From an uncultured Gemmatimonadota bacterium (GTDB lineage: Bacteria > GCA-2686955), in contig CAZBBK010000014.1 in assembly GCA_964490075.1 (NCBI GenBank), positions 1 through 64,000 on the forward strand: DNA of 64,000 bases. Direction: 5' to 3'. The translations under genes and the position numbers were made by a program. This document shows positions 59,031-64,000 of the stretch, piece by piece. Position 1 is the stretch's first letter, and each line of letters starts with the position of its first letter. The notes under the pieces were generated by a model that did no database searches, was not told the origin of the DNA, and saw nothing but the letters and a program-made list of their open reading frames with translations.

Positions 59031-60059
59031 CTACCCCACGGTCTCGGCTCCACCCACCACCACCGCCGATGCTCCCAGCTCTCGCGCCCGCTCGATCAGC
59101 TTCGGCTCGATGTGCATCGCGGTGGCCAGGGCGTCGGCGGTGGTGGCGTCTCCCGCGCGCACCAGGGTCGAGTGCGGCGCGGCGGGCAGCGGCTCGCCGG
59201 AGCGCGGATCGATGAGGTGGCTGACCCGCTTGCCGCCGATCTCGCGCACCTTGTCGAAGCTGCCCGAAGTGGCCACCGCACCGCGGCGCAGCGACAGGAT
59301 GTCGACGATGCGGGCGGCGCCGGTCGGGTCGGCGACACCGATCCGCCAGCCCTTCTCCGGAAGATGCTCGCCGCCATAGACGCGGACGTCCCCGCCGGCC
59401 TCGACCAGTCCCGCGACGGCACCTCGGGCGCGCAGAGTCTCCAGCGCCCGGTCGACGCCGTAGCCCTTGGCGATCCCGCCCAGATCGAGCCCGGCTTCGG
59501 GACCGGCCAGGCGCACCCGTCCGCCGCGCCGGTCGAGCTCGAGGGCGTCGCGACCGACGGCCGCCCGTGCGCGGGCGAGCTGCTGCCGGGCCGCGGACGA
59601 GCCGGAGCCCGCCGCGCCGAAGCCCCATGCGTTCACCAGTCCCAGCAGCGTGGGATCGACCGCACCCTCGGTGAGCCGCATCAGCTCCTGGGCCCGTTCC
59701 AGGAGCCCGAAGAGCTCTGCCGAGCAGGGCGCGGCGGCGCCGCGTACGGTACTGCGATTGACCCGGACCAGCTCCGAATCGGCCCGGAAGATCGACATCG
59801 CGCGCTCGACCCGCTCCAGCTCGGCGAAGGCGGCATCGATGGCGGCGTCGGCCGCCGCGCCGTCGTCGTGCAGAGCGACGATTCGCGCGGCGCTTCCCAT
59901 GGCGGGGCGGCGCCGGCGGCGCAGGACGCGGGCGCTGCCTCCCGGCAGCAGATCGGCGAGGGCCAGCGGCGTCGCGGCCAGGAGCGCGACGCCGAGACCG
60001 GCGCGGCGGACGAAAGAGCGGCGATCGATCGCCCAGGTGGTCGGGGTCTTTTCGCTCAT
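59031..60059 (-). CDS. apbE: FAD:protein FMN transferase with a Tat signal peptide
   Basis: DRRSFVRR leader. AMGS, DSELVRVN, TEGAVDPT, DLGGIAKGY, GGDV, VATSG, HLIDPRSG, ADALATA. Confidence 0.94.
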   Translation of the reverse strand: MSEKTPTTWAIDRRSFVRRAGLGVALLAATPLALADLLPGGSARVLRRRRRPAMGSAARIVALHDDGAAADAAIDAAFAELERVERAMSIFRADSELVRVNRSTVRGAAAPCSAELFGLLERAQELMRLTEGAVDPTLLGLVNAWGFGAAGSGSSAARQQLARARAAVGRDALELDRRGGRVRLAGPEAGLDLGGIAKGYGVDRALETLRARGAVAGLVEAGGDVRVYGGEHLPEKGWRIGVADPTGAARIVDILSLRRGAVATSGSFDKVREIGGKRVSHLIDPRSGEPLPAAPHSTLVRAGDATTADALATAMHIEPKLIERARELGASAVVVGGAETVG

Positions 60060-60454
60060 CGGATCGCTCCTTCCTGGATCCACTCCAGCACCAGCGCGTA
60101 GCTCTCGTCTCCGGCACCGGACCAGATGGTGCCGCCGCCGTGGCCCTGACCGGTGGCCTTGAGGAGCAGCAGACTGGCCTCGGGATCGACTGGGTCGATG
60201 CGCTCCAAGGTCGCCGCGTAGTCGGCGTTCTCGTCGCCGCTCAGGGTGAAGCCGCCGGCGCCGCCGCCGTGGCAGGATGCGCACTCGACGAGCAACAGAT
60301 CGTGGATCTCGCCGTCGAAGCTGAGCGCTCGAGACTGACCCCCGCCCGGGCCCGAGGGCAGACCGCGCTCGAAAGGCTGTTGCGTGCCGCAGCCGCCGAT
60401 CACCAGCGTCGTCGCGCAGATTGTCGCGACGGCGCCCAATCCGTTGACTCTCAT
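60056..60454 (-). CDS. Monoheme c-type cytochrome lipoprotein (planctomycete-type fold)
   Basis: Lipobox VIGGC. CASCH. SLLLLKATG..HGGG gives a candidate distal His. Confidence 0.8.
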   Translation of the reverse strand: MRVNGLGAVATICATTLVIGGCGTQQPFERGLPSGPGGGQSRALSFDGEIHDLLLVECASCHGGGAGGFTLSGDENADYAATLERIDPVDPEASLLLLKATGQGHGGGTIWSGAGDESYALVLEWIQEGAIR

Positions 60455-60464
60455 CGTCTCCTCC

Positions 60465-61046
60465 TCACTTCGAGGGTGCGCTCTGTGCACGCTCATTTCC
60501 GCTTCCCAGCACCACCACTTTGGTGAAGGCGATGGTGCGGCGCGCCGCCTCGCACACCGCCATGGAAGAGCTGGTGGCGCCGGTCACGGCCTGAATGTCG
60601 ACGCCGACCTCGATCTTGTCGCCCGCTGCGATGTCGCGGAACTGGTCCAGGAAGAACCGTTCCTTCACCGGCTTGCCCCGTTCCTCGACGTACGAGGCGA
60701 CGGCGACGTCTTTGATGTTGCCGGCCTCGTCCATCACGAAGGCGAGGCGCATCGGCCCTTCCTTGCCCTCCTGATCCACCATCACCAGGCGGCCCACACT
60801 CGCGCCCTCGGCGCTCCGTCCCGTGTAGTAGGTCCAGGCCCGGGACGGAGCCCAGCCGGTGTGTCGCCGCAGCGTCGCCGTCTGTTCCGCGGTGGCGGTG
60901 TAGCTTGCCTTGGAGAGCTTCTTGGCATCGGGCAGCATCGACTTGACCGCGTCACGCAAGCTCAGCAAGGTCTCGGCCCGCGCCGGGGCCGCCGCCGCGA
61001 ACAAGCCCGCGCACAAGGCAAGCCGGCGCAAGGTGCTTTGTCTCAT
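60465..61046 (-). CDS. Periplasmic FMN-binding (flavinylated) protein
   Basis: Signal peptide ending ARA. GKEGPM, YVEERG, FLDQF, DIQAVTGATSSS ([ST]GA[ST] flavinylation motif). Confidence 0.88.
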   Translation of the reverse strand: MRQSTLRRLALCAGLFAAAAPARAETLLSLRDAVKSMLPDAKKLSKASYTATAEQTATLRRHTGWAPSRAWTYYTGRSAEGASVGRLVMVDQEGKEGPMRLAFVMDEAGNIKDVAVASYVEERGKPVKERFFLDQFRDIAAGDKIEVGVDIQAVTGATSSSMAVCEAARRTIAFTKVVVLGSGNERAQSAPSK

Positions 61047-61636
61047 CGATCTTCCTCCGCGGGAGTGAACCAGACCTCTCGCATCACCGCGAAGAAGGCG
61101 GCGGAGAACGAGATCGCCATGGCGGCGCCGGACAGAATCGTCAGCCAGGCGAAGCCCGGATGATAGAGCCGAGTCAGCAACAGCCCCCACACATCCAGCA
61201 CCGAGCCGGCGAAGGGGGCGATCACGATCGCGCTCTTGAGCCGATCCGAGATGCCGGTCATCAGCACCAGCACGCCGGTGCCGAAGAATAGTGTCGCGTG
61301 CCCGAAGAGATGGAAATGGCCCTCGGCGACCAGGCTCTTCAGAGAGGGAATCGCCAGGATCTCCTCTTCCGGTGCCGGCTCCTCGGCGAGAAAGGCGTCG
61401 AGATCGAGCGCCTCCTCCTCGATCATGCCGGGCGCTTCGGCGGGGGGCGCCGGCTCCAGCGCCGCCCGGGTCGCCGGGTTGCCGTAGTAGTGTCGCACCA
61501 CTTCGCTGTACGAGGTGCCGACCGAGAGCGCCACATTGCTGATCGCGAACAGATAACCGGTGCCGGCCGTCAGCATGAAGAAGGTCGCGACCAGTCGCCA
61601 AGGCAGGGGCGCTCCGGCGAGACGAAGCTGAAACAT
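61043..61636 (-). CDS. Four-TM membrane protein with a His cluster (possible heme b or metal site)
   Basis: Four hydrophobic segments, EGHFHLFGH, acidic loop. ATGA-coupled to the FMN-binding gene. Confidence 0.7.
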   Translation of the reverse strand: MFQLRLAGAPLPWRLVATFFMLTAGTGYLFAISNVALSVGTSYSEVVRHYYGNPATRAALEPAPPAEAPGMIEEEALDLDAFLAEEPAPEEEILAIPSLKSLVAEGHFHLFGHATLFFGTGVLVLMTGISDRLKSAIVIAPFAGSVLDVWGLLLTRLYHPGFAWLTILSGAAMAISFSAAFFAVMREVWFTPAEEDR

Positions 61637-61654
61637 GATGGTTCTGGTCCCGGG

Positions 61655-62725
61655 TTAGAAGTCGAGGGCGATATGCAGGCGAGCGAGATCGTCATCGACC
61701 TCGTTCACCTCTTCCATGCGCCATTGGTACTGAACGATGTAAGTCAAACGGTACGAGCCGACATCCCAGGGGAACTCCGCGGCGGCGGTCCAGACGTGTC
61801 GATCGGCGTTGGAGACGATCCGCGAGTTGTCGATGTAGGTGCCGTAGCGACCGATCAGACGCACTTTTTGCCGCCACTTGCCCCAGGTGAGCTGGGCGTA
61901 GTCGCCGTGCTGGTAGTAGAAGCGGTCGTCGTCGAGCGGATCCTCTACATCCATGCGGGCGAATCCGGCCTCCCAGCGGCAGTGACGCAAGAGCGGCAGC
62001 GCCAGGGCTCCGTAGTCGAGCGAGCCCTCCAGGCCGTAGAGAAGGAGCATTCTGGAATCGTCGTACTGCGAAACGTAGCCCGAGGCGTGGAGGGAGCCGA
62101 GCCCGCCGCCCTGGAGGCCGATCCGGGTCGCGGCGGCGAATGCGTCGCCGGAATCCGGAACCCGGATCTTGATGGTCGAGCCCGGATCGCCCGAGACCCC
62201 CTTGCCGCCGAACAGATCGAGAGCGATCCGCCAGCGCCCGCGGGAGATCTCGGGCGGCGAATAGACCGCGCCGTACTCACCCCAGACCAGCGGCAGCAGA
62301 AGAGTCTCGTACTCCAGATTCCAGACACCGCCGTAGCGGTGGTGATAAGGATCGGCACCGAAAGGAACCAACACCTTTCCGACCTTGAGCCGGTGCCCTT
62401 CCAGGGGCACGATGCCGATCTCGTGGAACCAGCCGCCCAACACTTCGCCCATGAACGACAGCCGGCCGTCGGGGGAAGCCGCTCGCAGGAAGACGAATTG
62501 GTGGTAGCTGGTCATTTCGAATGCGTCGCCGCGGCGCTCCAGGGCGAGGTCGAAGCGCCCCATCAGCCGCACCGCCGGCGCGACGCCGGCGGCCGGAGGT
62601 GGCGCCTCCTCGTCGGTCAGGTCGTCGAAGGAGATCTCCTCTTCGACCGGCTCGGCCGGGGCGATCGTCCAGGCAGCGAGCATCAGGACGATTGCGGTGA
62701 CTGTCCGCGGGGATCTGGACCACAT
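61655..62725 (-). CDS. Outer-membrane beta-barrel (porin-like) protein
   Basis: Signal peptide. Alternating beta-strand patterns, LKVGKVLVPFG, terminal ARLHIALDF with C-terminal Phe. Confidence 0.75.
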   Translation of the reverse strand: MWSRSPRTVTAIVLMLAAWTIAPAEPVEEEISFDDLTDEEAPPPAAGVAPAVRLMGRFDLALERRGDAFEMTSYHQFVFLRAASPDGRLSFMGEVLGGWFHEIGIVPLEGHRLKVGKVLVPFGADPYHHRYGGVWNLEYETLLLPLVWGEYGAVYSPPEISRGRWRIALDLFGGKGVSGDPGSTIKIRVPDSGDAFAAATRIGLQGGGLGSLHASGYVSQYDDSRMLLLYGLEGSLDYGALALPLLRHCRWEAGFARMDVEDPLDDDRFYYQHGDYAQLTWGKWRQKVRLIGRYGTYIDNSRIVSNADRHVWTAAAEFPWDVGSYRLTYIVQYQWRMEEVNEVDDDLARLHIALDF

Positions 62726-62803
62726 TGCCCCCTCCTTGCTCAGAGCTACTTCGCCAGGCGGTGACCGGGGCCGCCGACTCGGAGCGCGGCGGACCAGGTG
62801 TTG

Positions 62804-63979
62804 CTACTGTTCGAAGCGCAGGTGGTAGACGTCGCCGGAAGTCGCATGAGCGATCTGCGCGTTGTCGAAGATCGCGAATCCGAAGTCGTAGTTGGCGTTC
62901 GCGCCCCGATCCGACCACTGCACGTCATGATCCAGATCGCCGGTTTCGAAGGCCCGGGCGATCTCCACCGTCCAGCCGCCGCCATCGTGTACACCGTGAC
63001 CGACGAGATCGCCGCGGCTACCGGTGAAGGCGTCGATGGTGACGCTGGGGATGCGCTGGGGATCGTGCCGGGGGAAGTCCGCCGCGGCGAGCACCGTGCC
63101 GTCTTCGTCCACCAGCGATCCGTCGGCGTTCAGCGCGGTGATCATGCGGGCGGTTCCGGCATCGATCTCGGATTGCAGGATGTAGTGATACTCGGTGCGC
63201 CCGGGGATGTAGTAGAGGGGGATCTCCACATCTTGTGCGGTGATGGGATGTTGGACGGTCTGCACATTGTTGGAGTAGCCGCCCGCGGTCTTGGTGTCGC
63301 CGTGGCGGCCGGCGTTCTTCTCTTGCGAGGTATCGTCGGTGTATTGATCGTCGGCCTGGTTCATGGCGTTGGTGCGCACCAGCTTCCAGTGCCACATGTC
63401 GACCGCTTCACCCGGCGCGTTGGTGTACTTGAGGGCGGTTTTTCCGAAGGGATGGCCGCTGACGCCGGTGTGGCAGACGGTCATGCAGCCCTGGCTGGCG
63501 AAGTTGGGGACACTCTCGTCGATATTCCAGATGAAGCTGAGCTTGTCTTCGTAGTGCGCCGGCTCGATCAGTGTGCCATTGTCGATGGTGGGACGACCGG
63601 ACTCCTGGACCCAGAGGCTGTCGTCGGCGTCGAAGTACCAGCATTGTCGGTTGTCGCTCAGGGTGGGATCGTCCCACTGCGCCAGGATGTAGAGCTGGGT
63701 GTCGTCGTAGAGCGCGCGCACCGTCGCGCTGTAGCTGTCGCCGCCGTAGCCTTCGAACTCGCCGATGTCCCAGACCGAGGTCTCGATCTCGATCGGGGTC
63801 GCCGCGGCCCAGGCGGCATCGACCACGCCGTCGATCGTCGGCCCGGTCGTGACCTTGGCCGCGAGCAGCTCATCGGCGCTGGGGGCCGGAGGAGGAGGAT
63901 CGGTGGCGGTGTCGCGCTCGCAGCTGGTGAGCGCGAGACACAGGGTGATGGAGAGGGAGATCGGGAGCATGGCGTGCAT
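62804..63979 (-). CDS. Ethylbenzene-dehydrogenase-related (EB_dh, DOMON-like) heme-binding lipoprotein
   Basis: Lipobox LTSC. PTIDG...W, LYILAQWDD, YEDKL, GCMTVCH, DMWHWK, DDQY, WTVEIAR, FAIFDNAQIAH. Confidence 0.82.
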   Translation of the reverse strand: MHAMLPISLSITLCLALTSCERDTATDPPPPAPSADELLAAKVTTGPTIDGVVDAAWAAATPIEIETSVWDIGEFEGYGGDSYSATVRALYDDTQLYILAQWDDPTLSDNRQCWYFDADDSLWVQESGRPTIDNGTLIEPAHYEDKLSFIWNIDESVPNFASQGCMTVCHTGVSGHPFGKTALKYTNAPGEAVDMWHWKLVRTNAMNQADDQYTDDTSQEKNAGRHGDTKTAGGYSNNVQTVQHPITAQDVEIPLYYIPGRTEYHYILQSEIDAGTARMITALNADGSLVDEDGTVLAAADFPRHDPQRIPSVTIDAFTGSRGDLVGHGVHDGGGWTVEIARAFETGDLDHDVQWSDRGANANYDFGFAIFDNAQIAHATSGDVYHLRFEQ

Positions 63980-64000
63980 GGTGCTTTCCTCAGGGTGTTG

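Overview
GC-rich bacterial chromosomal segment from a diderm (OmpA lipoprotein and outer-membrane barrel present). I cannot assign the lineage without a search. All family names come from motif recognition, not database runs. (1) 1-6076: 3' end of an rRNA operon (23S, 5S, terminator), then rho-rpmE-prfA-prmC-murA. (2) 6078-38098: selB followed by a ~30-kb envelope-modification island. It encodes three CmcH/NodU-type O-carbamoyltransferases, five GT-C-fold membrane glycosyltransferases, a polyprenol-phosphate glycosyltransferase, an alkaline-phosphatase-superfamily enzyme, two SGNH-fold proteins, two FGE-fold proteins, HEAT and TPR scaffolds, an SxtJ-like protein and an SxtK/DUF5989-like micropeptide that the ORF track misses. 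The micropeptide ends in FFYALF, which matches the FxYxxF acyl-carrier motif of DltX and PatA/AlgI. My main hypothesis is an MBOAT-free trans-envelope O-carbamoylation relay, possibly phase-variable through a C9 tract in a promoter spacer. (3) 38100-55800: a repeat element, sahR-ahcY with a visible operator, several gene scars (SNF2, AAA-DUF4143, integrase, gatB), an MMPL transporter coupled to an adenosine-deaminase-like gene, a phosphohexomutase, a GT4, a ~150-nt structured ncRNA candidate, a ClpP-family protease with a signal peptide, a flippase-like protein and tsaC. (4) 55830-64000: a kinase-fold membrane protein, YhhN, and a flavinylation/heme operon (EB_dh heme lipoprotein, porin, His-bearing membrane protein, FMN-binding protein, cytochrome c lipoprotein, Tat-exported ApbE) that probably continues beyond the window.
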